Positions 8,429 to 17,929 of a stretch of 64,000 nucleotides of DNA are shown here, one piece after another. The notes beneath the pieces are model-generated. The model was not told the DNA's origin. It saw only the letters and a list, made by a program, of their open reading frames with translations, and did no database searches. Numbering within the stretch: the stretch's first letter is position 1; the number at the start of each line of letters is the position of its first letter. The DNA comes from Nitrospirales bacterium (GTDB lineage Bacteria; Nitrospirota; Nitrospiria; Nitrospirales; UBA8639). A program made the position numbers and the translations under genes. The DNA lies in contig OY729426.1 of NCBI GenBank assembly GCA_963422365.1, forward strand, positions 1,600,001-1,664,000, written 5' to 3'.

Positions 8429-9967
8429 CTAGAAGTACGTCGACATATTGAATTGCCACCCGTCGCGATTCGTGGCCGGGTCATTATTTTCCCTCTCATG
8501 TCTATTAAACGTATAGGCTATCTTGAGGACCGAATCTTCTATCGGCCGGAAATTGAGCCCCAGGGTCAACCGGTCGATGGCATTCGGGTTGCTGTCATCA
8601 TCGGTGTTGGTATCCACCTGTCCCCAACGAACGATGCCCGTAAACGTCGAGTCCTGGCCGAAGTAGCCGGGCAAGGCCCTGGTGAGCCCATCCGGCATAA
8701 AGTGGTAATTCAATTGCACGTAATAGCCGAACATATTTTCGGGGACGACGTAACTTCTTCCGAAAGATACATCCTGAAGGCGCCTCGTTGCTCCGGTAGT
8801 ATCCTGAGTGAATATTCGACTCGCAGGACACTGACTTTCATCTTCCAGGGTACAAATCGACTGTGTCCCGCTCCCTTCGGCGTTGGCCCAGGCGGCTTCA
8901 CCCTGGATGTCAAAGGGCCCTCGTTGCAGGTTCCCGTCGATGGCGAGCAGGGTCAGGTAATGGTCCTCAGGGTCGTCCTCCTTGTTCCATTGGCCGTGGT
9001 GAATGGACCCGGCCACCTCGACTCCCAACACAGGGCTGAACGAGATACGGCTGACAATCGCCTTGTTTCGGTTGTTATCCTTTTGAAAACTTCCGCGAGC
9101 AGATCGCAACCCGCTTCCTTCTTCGACCGAAAACTGGCCGTCATCGCCCACAAAACCATTCGTGAGGTAAAATTCGTAGTCGATCTTGGAAAGCGCGGTC
9201 GGATAGACCGTGCCGAAAAAGCCGATCCCGCTTTCGGCAAACGTGGAAGGCAGGATCAATCGGCTCACCATAGGCCGAAGCGGCAAATCGTTCAAGGGCG
9301 AGTCGTGGATGAGGTTGAACCGGCCCATGGGCATCAGGATGATGCCCCCACGCAGGTTGAATGCGTCGTTGAACCGGTAGTCCATGGTGGCGAATTCCAT
9401 CTTGATGTCCCCGTCCCCTTGGTTGCCCTGGGGGCCGCCGTGTTCAACCTCGAGTTCAGCGGCCACGCTGAGCCGGTCCGTGACCTGGGAATAGAAGAAC
9501 GGCACGAAGCGTTCCTGGTCGAAATCAATCCCGTTTCTACAATCCCGTGAGCCTCCTGAATTGTGTTTCGCGCCAGGCTTGCCGTCACAGTCCGAGATTG
9601 TGAAGTCGATGTACCCGCCGATGATGGTTTTCGGCGCCTTGACAAAAGGTCTGGCGTAGATGGTCCGTCCACCCTGCAGGCCAGCACCACCCGAGAAGTC
9701 CGTGCCGTATCGGATTGACTGTTTTGTGGTGTCGCCCATGGCCGGCGCGGAAGTCCCCATTTTGCGCGGGGGCTGCGGTGCCGCTATGGCCGGCCCTCCC
9801 GCTGCAGGTGGCTGCTGCTGTTGTCGCTGTTGTTTTGACCACTCTTCAAACATTTTTCGTATCTGTTCCATTTGGGCAGGAGTAAATTCTTCTCCCTCGG
9901 CCCAGACAGTTGTGTGCGGCACAATCATGAGGACCATCATTGCCCCCGCGATCAATAATCGTCGCAT
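8429..9967 (-). CDS. Outer-membrane beta-barrel protein (porin-like)
   Basis: GGAGG then ATG at 9967; signal peptide; Gln/Pro-rich N-terminus; amphipathic strands (ELEVEHG); C-terminal ...STYF; two Cys pairs in probable loops. Confidence 0.85.
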   Translation of the reverse strand: MRRLLIAGAMMVLMIVPHTTVWAEGEEFTPAQMEQIRKMFEEWSKQQRQQQQPPAAGGPAIAAPQPPRKMGTSAPAMGDTTKQSIRYGTDFSGGAGLQGGRTIYARPFVKAPKTIIGGYIDFTISDCDGKPGAKHNSGGSRDCRNGIDFDQERFVPFFYSQVTDRLSVAAELEVEHGGPQGNQGDGDIKMEFATMDYRFNDAFNLRGGIILMPMGRFNLIHDSPLNDLPLRPMVSRLILPSTFAESGIGFFGTVYPTALSKIDYEFYLTNGFVGDDGQFSVEEGSGLRSARGSFQKDNNRNKAIVSRISFSPVLGVEVAGSIHHGQWNKEDDPEDHYLTLLAIDGNLQRGPFDIQGEAAWANAEGSGTQSICTLEDESQCPASRIFTQDTTGATRRLQDVSFGRSYVVPENMFGYYVQLNYHFMPDGLTRALPGYFGQDSTFTGIVRWGQVDTNTDDDSNPNAIDRLTLGLNFRPIEDSVLKIAYTFNRHERENNDPATNRDGWQFNMSTYF

Positions 9968-10143
9968 CGAACGACCTCCTTGTTGTTGGGGACTCTGCCT
10001 GTCCTCTGGATTACTCAAGGGGCTCTTGTGGCCCTCAAATTCCGTCTTGGTATTGTGTGTGTCTAGTGGATTTCCACCTCTCTAATATACCTCCCTCTCC
10101 CCCTGTGGGAGAGGGGCGGGGTAAGGGGGGGCTTACCCTTTTG

Positions 10144-10341
10144 CTAATAGCCGCATGGCGCTAAGATGACTTCGGTTTCCTTGAGACTGTTATAGGAAAT
10201 AGAGACGATGCGTTTACAGCGTTTACACTTGAGTTCAAGGTTCTCTCCGCGAATTTTTGCGATGAGTTGGCCGCATTCACATCTCGCCTCTGTAGGCTTG
10301 AATTGCTTCCCTAGCCACCGAGTATTTCGATCAGCATCCAT
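10144..10341 (-). CDS. Small Cys4 zinc-ribbon protein, phage Mu Com-like
   Basis: EARCECGQLIAK...LELKCKRCKRI resembles the Com pattern (RC..C.KLL...EIKCPRCK). Start could be TTG 10350 or ATG 10341. Confidence 0.7.
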   Translation of the reverse strand: MDADRNTRWLGKQFKPTEARCECGQLIAKIRGENLELKCKRCKRIVSISYNSLKETEVILAPCGY

Positions 10342-10422
10342 TGAATTCAAAAGAAAGTTGTGGAGTTTCCAAAAAACCCCTAATCAAAAATTAGAATGAT
10401 ACTTGTTTTTATTTAAATTGAT

Positions 10423-10467
10423 TTTGAGAACTTTTATTAACATAGAGCAAGTTTTGTGGCTTGTCAA
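10423..10467 (-). promoter_or_regulatory. sigma70 promoter with overlapping Fur-box-like site
   Basis: TTGACA (10467-10462), 17 bp, TATGTT (10444-10439); TTTGAGAACTTTTATTAAC at 10423-10441 overlaps the -10 and start region. Confidence 0.65.
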
Positions 10468-10739
10468 CTCTTTTCGGTCATAAAGAAAAATATGACTGCA
10501 ACCTGTTGATCGTATTGGTAAAATGAGATGATTGACTCTTATCCGGCCTCTCCCTTGGAGGGAGAAGGCCGAAGAAGTGGATCCCCGCTAAAAACTGCGG
10601 GGAGGACAAGAGGATGTACTGCGGGGATGACAAGCAAGAGCACGAAGGACAAGAAAGAACGGGAATGACCGCATGAATTCCGAAAGGCCATCAAAGCGTA
10701 GTTGTCTGGGGTCTCAGCCGTGAGGCCAACGCAGGGACT

Positions 10740-11319
10740 ATGATGGGCAGAAAAGTCTTGTTGGGGGTAGCGATTCTTTCTCTTGTTGTTGTGACGGGAT
10801 GTGCGTCAGGGCTTTCGGATACTTCCCCGGACTCGATGACGAGTGAATTGGCGTTTGGCTATGTTCGAGTCGAGACCAAAGGGCCTCATCCGCGTGCGTT
10901 TCCAACCAAACTGAGGTTTTTCCCCCTGACCAATCAAGAGACGGGAGCACGATTTCGAGTTGACGTAAATTCCAAATCGGGCGTGTTTTCGATGAGATTA
11001 CCGGCTGGACCGTATTCCATTGACCGAGTGCAATTTAATGCAGGCCCGTTTCAGGTTGAATCCCATGTGCAATTGACATTTCAGGTACCCAAAAAGAAGT
11101 TGGCTAGGGGGCTGGCAATTTGAGGTCGAAACGCCGCGTACCGTTCGGCTTGTGCGGATTCGGATTCTTGAAGGGGATGCGGAGTTCTCAAAGAAATTTT
11201 CCGCGGATCTCGGATCAGAACGAGCACCCATTGAAACGACGTTGCCGAAACCTGAGACATTCGAAGCTCGTGTGTTTTCGGTTGCCCCTCAACCGAGAGT
11301 CAAATATTTCCGTCGTTGA
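10740..11319 (+). pseudogene. Frameshifted lipoprotein gene upstream of apbE
   Basis: Lipobox VTGC; the frame breaks near 11105, and another frame continues WQFEVETPRTVR...PRVKYFRR to TGA 11319. Confidence 0.6.
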
Positions 11320-11335
11320 TAAACTGCCTGACAAA

Positions 11336-12370
11336 ATGATGAAAGGGGTTCCTCTCGTCTTGGTTGGACTCTTGGGTGTCTCTTTCGCGTGTTGGCCGGG
11401 CTTCAGTCTGCAGGGATATGCTGCCGCACCCCATGTGGCCAAGCGCGGCCAAATGCATATGGGGACCCTGGTCTTTTTGACGTCCGTCGCCCCAAATGAA
11501 CGGGTGGCTCACGATGCCATTGAAAAAGGGTTTGCCGAAATTCACCGCCTGGAAGAAATCTTGAGTGCGTGGATTCCAGACAGTGAACTCTCCCGCGTCA
11601 ATGCCGCGGCAGGGAAAACGCCCATCAAGGTCAGTCCGGAAACCTTAGAGGTCTTGGCGCGCTCTGTAGACATGGCTCGAGTGACCGATGGGGGTTTCAA
11701 CGTTGCTATTGGTCCGGCCGTAGAGGCCTGGAATATTAGTCGTGAAGGGCGTATCCCGACTCAGGAAGAATTAGAGGCCACACGTCCTTCCATGGATCTT
11801 TCCGCTATTCATCTCAATAAGGACGCGGGCACCGTATATCTGGCTCGTTCCGGGATGCAGGTGGATATCGGCGGGATCGGCAAGGGATATGCCGCGGATT
11901 TCGTGGCCCGCGTGATGCGAGAAGCCGGTGCCTCAGCGGGCGTGGTCGCCATTTCCGGGGATATTACAACCTTTGGGCGCTTGCCCGATGGCCAACGTTT
12001 CGTGTTCGGCATCCAGCATCCTCGAAAAGAGAATGGGATCACGATCGGGCAACTTGAACTCGAAGATGAGGCCGTTTCCACGGCTGGTGATTACCAACGA
12101 TATTTTCTGAAGGACGGCATTCGTTATCATCACATTCTCGACCCTCAAACGCTTCAGCCCGCGCGTCTCTCTCAGAGTGTGACCATCGTAGCCCAAACCG
12201 GTGTGCTTGCCGATGGGCTCGATACGGGAATTTTTGTCATGGGTCCGGAAAAAGGGATGGCTTTGATTGAACGCCTGCCCGGAGTCGAAGGCGTGATTGT
12301 CGGTGCGGATGGAACCGTGTCCGTCTCTTCGGGATTACAAGACCGGTTGCAGATGAGTCCAGGGCCGTAA
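11336..12370 (+). CDS. apbE: FAD:protein FMN transferase ApbE
   Basis: MGT, SELSRVN, DIGGIGKGYAAD, STAGDYQRY, RYHHILDP, ADGLDT; start reassigned to ATG 11336. Confidence 0.95.
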   Translation: MMKGVPLVLVGLLGVSFACWPGFSLQGYAAAPHVAKRGQMHMGTLVFLTSVAPNERVAHDAIEKGFAEIHRLEEILSAWIPDSELSRVNAAAGKTPIKVSPETLEVLARSVDMARVTDGGFNVAIGPAVEAWNISREGRIPTQEELEATRPSMDLSAIHLNKDAGTVYLARSGMQVDIGGIGKGYAADFVARVMREAGASAGVVAISGDITTFGRLPDGQRFVFGIQHPRKENGITIGQLELEDEAVSTAGDYQRYFLKDGIRYHHILDPQTLQPARLSQSVTIVAQTGVLADGLDTGIFVMGPEKGMALIERLPGVEGVIVGADGTVSVSSGLQDRLQMSPGP

Positions 12371-12392
12371 CCGGTTCGGGGAAGGCAGGCTC

Positions 12393-12505
12393 TGTCATGC
12401 CCGCCGGGGTGTGATCGGGCATCCATCTGGCTTGTTCAACGCTTGTCCTCATGAAAGGGGAAGGGCAATCCAATCTGGATTCCCGCTAGAAACTGCGGGA
12501 ATGAC
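12393..12505. repeat. Inverted pair of REP-like palindromes (REPIN/BIME-like)
   Basis: tgtcatgcccg...cgggcatcca and ctggattcccgc...gcgggaatgac in opposite orientation. Confidence 0.6.
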
Positions 12506-13015
12506 CATTTCAACAAGCCCAGACCACGTCAGGCGCTAAACGCGAAAACATCCAAACAAATGAATGAGTCTTGTCAACGAATAAGTGAGGGACTTATACG
12601 GAATGCTAGTCGGTGGGATTAGTTGAACGAGTGACTAGAAACCGTTATTGCGTGGGGAATAGAACGCGATAAAGAAGATCATCGCGAGATACGAGAAATA
12701 CGTTTGAGGCAACTTCGTAATGGTCTGGATAGTGTGTTTCTAGGAGTTTTTTCGTTTCACCAGTTGGCTTGATTAGCACAACTGCAACACAGACATTGTG
12801 CCTCCTTTCTCTTCGTGAGAGAAACTCAGGATATGAAATCCTTTTCCCCTAGCAAACCTATTATTTAAAATACTTATCCGTGCCAAATCGAAACGCCTAA
12901 CAAGTGATTATGGTTCCATGTTCAGCATTTATTATCCCCGACGGCAAGGATTAACAGTCTGAACCCATGCTATTTTCACAGGGCATGGTTACTTTCGGGA
13001 AGGACAGTCATCACG

Positions 13016-13208
13016 GTCATTCCCTCTCTGGTGTGAGCGGGAATCCATTCCCCGATTAAAACCTTCGGAGACATGCTGGTTTTTTCTGCGCGTGTCCTCA
13101 CGCCTGTCCCCTCCACCCCAGCCCCCGACTCAAGGCCGGGGGCTGGCTCTCTCTCCATGGGAGGGATACATACGAAGTGAATTCCAGCTAGACACTGCGG
13201 GAATGACA
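13016..13208. repeat. Composite REP-like cluster
   Basis: gtcattccc...gcgggaatcca and attccagc...gcgggaatgac flanking a CCCTCTCC-type palindrome. Confidence 0.55.
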
Positions 13209-13215
13209 ATACGAT

Positions 13216-13974
13216 TTATTGTTCGTCGTCTTCGTTTTTCTTATGCATCATATTGCCGCCATGGGCCTTCATGCGTTCGTGAATGTTATCCATCCGAGAT
13301 CGTTGCTCGGGGGACAACACGGCTTTGGCGTCCCGCTTGGCTTTGATTGAAGCCATGTAGAGCTTCGTCTTCAAGGCATGCATGGCGTTGAATTGCACTT
13401 CAATGTCGGAGAGACTCGCTTTCTCGTCTTTCAAGACTTCATGCAGGTCGACACTGGCTAATTGCACTTCGGCCTTCATCTTGATCCGAGTCTTCTTATA
13501 CGTCGTCTTGAGCGCATGAAGTTGCTGCTCTTGTTTGGCTGTTACACTCATTCCTTCTTTAAATTTCAATAGATGCGTAATAAATTCCGTTGCGCCCTGA
13601 TGGGTGCCGGGATGCGTAGAACCGAAACCATGGCGATCATGCCCTTTGGTGTGGTGGCTTCCGTATCCTGACGAATGCATTGGATGATGCCCTTTGCCAT
13701 GCCTCTTATGCATGCCATCATGTTGGGAAGACCGGGAATCGTCACCATGCCCCTGATACGAATCTTTTGGGTGATGGCCGCCGTCATGGGGCAATGCGCT
13801 CGATTTGCCGTGATTATGGAGGCTGGTGGCAGCATGAGCATCCTTCGAATCTTCATGCGGCAATCCATGCATAGAGTCAGGAGGGTCGGCAAAAGCTGGA
13901 ACGGCAGACAGCAAAACGAGCATGGTCAACAGGGAAACAGGTGAAAACCAGGAAGGTGGTTCATGGATTCTCAT
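13216..13974 (-). CDS. Exported His-rich protein with Spy/CpxP/ZraP-like helical domain
   Basis: AAGGAGG then ATG at 13974; signal peptide ending AFA; 21 His in about 98 aa; VLSPEQR (LTxxQ-like). Confidence 0.8.
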   Translation of the reverse strand: MRIHEPPSWFSPVSLLTMLVLLSAVPAFADPPDSMHGLPHEDSKDAHAATSLHNHGKSSALPHDGGHHPKDSYQGHGDDSRSSQHDGMHKRHGKGHHPMHSSGYGSHHTKGHDRHGFGSTHPGTHQGATEFITHLLKFKEGMSVTAKQEQQLHALKTTYKKTRIKMKAEVQLASVDLHEVLKDEKASLSDIEVQFNAMHALKTKLYMASIKAKRDAKAVLSPEQRSRMDNIHERMKAHGGNMMHKKNEDDEQ

Positions 13975-14152
13975 GTTCGGTTCCTCCTTATGAATGGTTG
14001 GTCGATGGGATAAAGGGTTTGTCGGTGTGAAGTTTTCAACATTCGCGGGGTGTCCTCTGAGTGACGACAATAGGCCATTATAAAACACTGAAGATAGTGA
14101 TTGCGAATTGAGGCCTTGGCCTGTTTCAAGTGACGCCAAGAGAAAACGCGCA

Positions 14153-15220
14153 TCACGCATTTCTGTCAAAGAGTACCGTGTGGGTGGCAATGACGTTCAA
14201 TCCCACCTTTGAGTCGAGAGGGAACAATTGGGTCGAGGCTTCGCTGCTATGAACGAGATCGCCGGAAGCCAGGCGGATTCCATAAATCGTCTCCGAGCCT
14301 CGAAACTGCCGGGATTCAACGGTTCCGTCTCCGTTATTGGTTCCACAAATTTGGATGTCATCCGGTCGAATCATGACCACGACTTCAGGGCCGCCCGGGT
14401 AGCCGTTCGGCATCGGGAACGTGCCGAGTTGAGTCACGACGACAGAATCGTGGATGGTTCCAGGGATGAAGTCGGCGTGCCCCACAAACTCCGCGACAAA
14501 GGGCGAAACCGGAAGATGGTATATGGTTTCGGGTGCTGCGAATTGTTCGAGTTTCCCGTTATTCAAGACGGCCACGTCATCAGCCATGGCAAAGGCTTCT
14601 TCATGATCATGCGTGACGAGAACGGCGGTGGTTTGAGTTTTTTTCAGCAAGTGCAGGAGTTCCATGCGCATGCGGCAAGTCGTATCCGGATCCAGGTTGC
14701 TGAACGGCTCGTCCAACAGGAGCAGCACCGGTTGGGGGGCAAGGGCGCGTGCCAATGCCGCGCGTTGCTGTTGGCCGCCCGACAGCGAATGAGGGTATCG
14801 TCGGGCAAGTTCTGAAAGCCCTGTGAGAGACAACATCTCATCAATTTGGCCCCTCCGGTTGTTTGCTGTTGCATGCGGCAACCCGAATCCCACGTTATCC
14901 TGTACGGTCAAGTGCGGAAAGAGCGCATAGTCCTGAAAAACCATGCCGACCCGCCGTTGTTCGGTGGGGACGTGCCGATCAGTCGCCGAGACGATTGCCC
15001 CGTTCAGCCTGATTTCGCCGGCGGACACCGATTCAAATCCCGCGATAGCCCGAAGCGTTGTGGTCTTCCCGCATCCTGACGGCCCTAACAGACAAATAAT
15101 GTCACCTTTCTGAGCCGAAAAGGAAATCCCTTCTAGCGCTAAGGTGTCGGCTTCATACGAGCAGGCGACGTCTTTCATCTCGAGCACAATGGGCTTGTCG
15201 TCGGGAGGTCGTGGCATCAT
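14153..15220 (-). CDS. fbpC: Fe(III) ABC transporter ATPase (FutC/FbpC/SfuC)
   Basis: GPSGCGKT, VFQDYALFPH, LSGGQQQR, TOBE-like C-terminus; operon context. Confidence 0.9.
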   Translation of the reverse strand: MMPRPPDDKPIVLEMKDVACSYEADTLALEGISFSAQKGDIICLLGPSGCGKTTTLRAIAGFESVSAGEIRLNGAIVSATDRHVPTEQRRVGMVFQDYALFPHLTVQDNVGFGLPHATANNRRGQIDEMLSLTGLSELARRYPHSLSGGQQQRAALARALAPQPVLLLLDEPFSNLDPDTTCRMRMELLHLLKKTQTTAVLVTHDHEEAFAMADDVAVLNNGKLEQFAAPETIYHLPVSPFVAEFVGHADFIPGTIHDSVVVTQLGTFPMPNGYPGGPEVVVMIRPDDIQICGTNNGDGTVESRQFRGSETIYGIRLASGDLVHSSEASTQLFPLDSKVGLNVIATHTVLFDRNA

Positions 15221-15291
15221 ATCCGTCTAAGAAAAATCTTCCTTGCCGGATTTGCTAAAGCGGATCTCATGGCAGAGTGGACACGGTGAGG

Positions 15292-16911
15292 TTACGTCGG
15301 TTGTCGATCTTTTTGCATCAATAATAACACGACCGGAATGGTAATGACCACGATCAGCAAGGCCGGAGGCGCAGCTAATTGATACAGTTCCTCACTGGCT
15401 TCAAGCCAAATTCTGACGGCGAGTGTGTCGAATCCCACGGGACGCAGCAGGAGTGAAGCCGGCAATTCCTTCATACATTGGACAAACACGAAGATCCAGG
15501 CACTCAGAAACCCACCTCGCACCAACGGCAGGGTCACGTGAAAAAAGGTTCGAAGGGATCGAGCCCCAAGGCTTCGCGCCGCCTCTTCGAGATTCGGCGT
15601 GAGCTGCTGAAGGGTGGATTCCATGCCTTGCAGTGCTGCCGGGAGAAAATGGACCAAATAGGCCAGGAGCAAGACGAGCACCGTGCCATACAGTTGTGGA
15701 ATGGTGTGCGAGACCAAGACGAATACGGCGAGGGCGGCGACCGGCCCTGGAAGCACATAGCCGGTATACGCCCCTTGCACACAAAAAGTACTGGTCCAGG
15801 TCTGATGTCGGCACGCTAAATAGGCGAGGGGAATTCCACAGATTACGGCCACCGTGGCCGTGATACTCGAGAGCGAGACACTGTTCCACACGTATCCGAT
15901 GAATTCATGAGAAATCTCACCGGCAGACGCGGCTTTAACAGTCCATTGAATGAGCAGAAGCACCGGCAGGCCGAAGGCCGCTCCGAACACGAGAAGAAGA
16001 TAGCCTGTAAACAGCAGAGCCGTGAAGGGAGGGCAAGGTTGAGGAACCGGTGTTCGATACCGGCCGGTGGTTTGGTAAAACCGGCTCCGTTGTCGGAACC
16101 ACCGTTCGCCGAACAGAAAGATAAATGCGCACGCGACTAATACCAGACTCAAACAGGCGGCTGCCGTGTTGTCGAATCGTCCGGTCATTTGCTGGTACAC
16201 GGCATAGGTAAAAGTTTGAAAGCGCAACAGCGAAACCGCGCCGAAATCAGAAGCGACGTAGAGAATCGCCAAGAAAAGTCCGGCGATCAGTGATGGGCGG
16301 ATGAGCGGAAGCGACACTCGGAAGAACGTCGTCACTCGATTGGCTCCGGTCGTGCGGGCGACTTCTTCAAAGGAGATATTAAAATTTTTGAGAGCCGATC
16401 GAGCCAACAGGTATACAAACGGAAACGTGTTCAACGCAAGAATGAGAACCGCGCCTGCAAAACTAAAAGGTGAAAACAAAAGAGAGTCTGTTCCGGCCAT
16501 GGTTTGCCAGACGTGTTCCAGCGTGCCCCCGCGTTTTAACAGGTAGGTATAGGTATAGGCCAGAACGTAGGAGGGGATGGACAAGGGCAAAATCAGCAAC
16601 CAATCCCATATTCGGGACCCGAGAAAGGTATAACGAGTCAGGATCCAAGCGAGTGAGACTCCCAGGGTCAGATTCACGACTGCGACGCCAAGGGATAAGG
16701 AGAGCGTGTTGAAGAGTAATTCCGGGACCCGTGTAGCCCAGAGTCTTCGCCACACCGCCGGGTCTGCCGTTAGGGCCGAAAAGGCGATGTAGAACAACGG
16801 CAGCATGATCGCAAGGGCCAGGGAAAAGCCGAGCAGGACAAGCGGAGAAGGGAAACGAAAACGGAGCGATGACAGTGGGAGAAAAGGGTTAGCGGAGTCC
16901 AACGTCTTCAA
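15292..16911 (-). CDS. fbpB: Fe(III) ABC transporter permease (FutB/FbpB/SfuB)
   Basis: Two BPD permease halves with EAA motifs (EEVARTTG, EEAARSLG). Confidence 0.9.
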   Translation of the reverse strand: MKTLDSANPFLPLSSLRFRFPSPLVLLGFSLALAIMLPLFYIAFSALTADPAVWRRLWATRVPELLFNTLSLSLGVAVVNLTLGVSLAWILTRYTFLGSRIWDWLLILPLSIPSYVLAYTYTYLLKRGGTLEHVWQTMAGTDSLLFSPFSFAGAVLILALNTFPFVYLLARSALKNFNISFEEVARTTGANRVTTFFRVSLPLIRPSLIAGLFLAILYVASDFGAVSLLRFQTFTYAVYQQMTGRFDNTAAACLSLVLVACAFIFLFGERWFRQRSRFYQTTGRYRTPVPQPCPPFTALLFTGYLLLVFGAAFGLPVLLLIQWTVKAASAGEISHEFIGYVWNSVSLSSITATVAVICGIPLAYLACRHQTWTSTFCVQGAYTGYVLPGPVAALAVFVLVSHTIPQLYGTVLVLLLAYLVHFLPAALQGMESTLQQLTPNLEEAARSLGARSLRTFFHVTLPLVRGGFLSAWIFVFVQCMKELPASLLLRPVGFDTLAVRIWLEASEELYQLAAPPALLIVVITIPVVLLLMQKDRQPT

Positions 16912-17929
16912 TGACAGTCATCGTGGGATCGCGGAGTTGAGCCAAGCGGCTTAAAGGAACACGGGCCACCTGAACACTCTGAAGCGGCAGCAGTTCAGGC
17001 GCAGCCGTCACATGAGGATTCAGGGGATATTCTTTGTTCACGTTCGCGAACATGCGTTGCCCTTTGGGAGAGATAAGAAATCGGATCAAGGCCTGAGCCT
17101 GCGCAAGGCGTTTGGTGTGCGCAGTGATGCCAATTCCCGCGGCATTGAGAATAACGCCCATACCCTGATTCCCTTGATCGGTCAGCAGCGGGGCAATCGG
17201 TGCATCGGGGTGTTGGGCCAGATGACGGTTAATATAATAATGATTGACCAGACCTGCGGCCACTTCCCCGCGTGCCACGGCTGCCACAATTTGCCGATTT
17301 TTCCCATAGACAAATGACCCTGCATTGTCCTTTAAACCTCGCAGGAACGTGGTGGTCGCCTCATTCCCCTTCACTGCACGAATAACCGACACGCCGTTCT
17401 GCAAGTAGACGCTGCCTGCACTGGGAATCGCGAGGTTACCTTTCCATTTCGGGTCGGCGAGATCCAGAATAGAGGAGAGATCGCCGGGGTGGACCATGGC
17501 GGTGTTATAGACGATCACCCAAAGTCGACCTGATAAGCCAATCCAACTATTGTCCGGTGCCCGGAATCGGCTGGGAATGCTTTTCTCAAGGTCAGGAATG
17601 GTACTGGTTTGGAGCAGCTGTAATTCACGCGCGCGCTCCAAGGTTCCGGCGTCATTGGTAATGAGGACGTCAGATGGAGTCCGATCCCCTTCCATCCGAA
17701 GCCGGTTGATCAACGCCGTGCTGTCCGCAGTCAGCATTTGAATGCTGATGTCCGATTCGGCTTGAAACGCATCGAGTACCGGTTGAATGAGCCGTTCGGC
17801 TCGGCCGGAGTAGACCACCAGCGTATCCCCGGCATAGCCCAAGGACGGGAGGGCGAGGGCTGCCACGAAGAACAAACAGACTTTTCGAATGAAGATGATG
17901 AGACGATTGTCGCGAATCCGTTGTCTCAA
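16889..17929 (-). CDS. fbpA: Fe(III)-binding periplasmic protein (FutA/FbpA/SfuA)
   Basis: VYSGR, NHYY tandem Tyr ligands; likely TTG start overlapping the fur stop (TTGA). Confidence 0.9.
   Translation of the reverse strand: MRQRIRDNRLIIFIRKVCLFFVAALALPSLGYAGDTLVVYSGRAERLIQPVLDAFQAESDISIQMLTADSTALINRLRMEGDRTPSDVLITNDAGTLERARELQLLQTSTIPDLEKSIPSRFRAPDNSWIGLSGRLWVIVYNTAMVHPGDLSSILDLADPKWKGNLAIPSAGSVYLQNGVSVIRAVKGNEATTTFLRGLKDNAGSFVYGKNRQIVAAVARGEVAAGLVNHYYINRHLAQHPDAPIAPLLTDQGNQGMGVILNAAGIGITAHTKRLAQAQALIRFLISPKGQRMFANVNKEYPLNPHVTAAPELLPLQSVQVARVPLSRLAQLRDPTMTVIEDVGLR

Noticed and set aside
8453..9550. 365-aa plus-strand ORF
   Set aside because: Antisense to the porin gene; no recognisable motifs.
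12559..12772. Possible decayed gene (MNESCQR... with internal stops)
   Set aside because: No recognisable family; cannot be supported without a search.
12868..12886. TGGCAC sigma54-like element on the minus strand
   Set aside because: No -12 GC at the required spacing.
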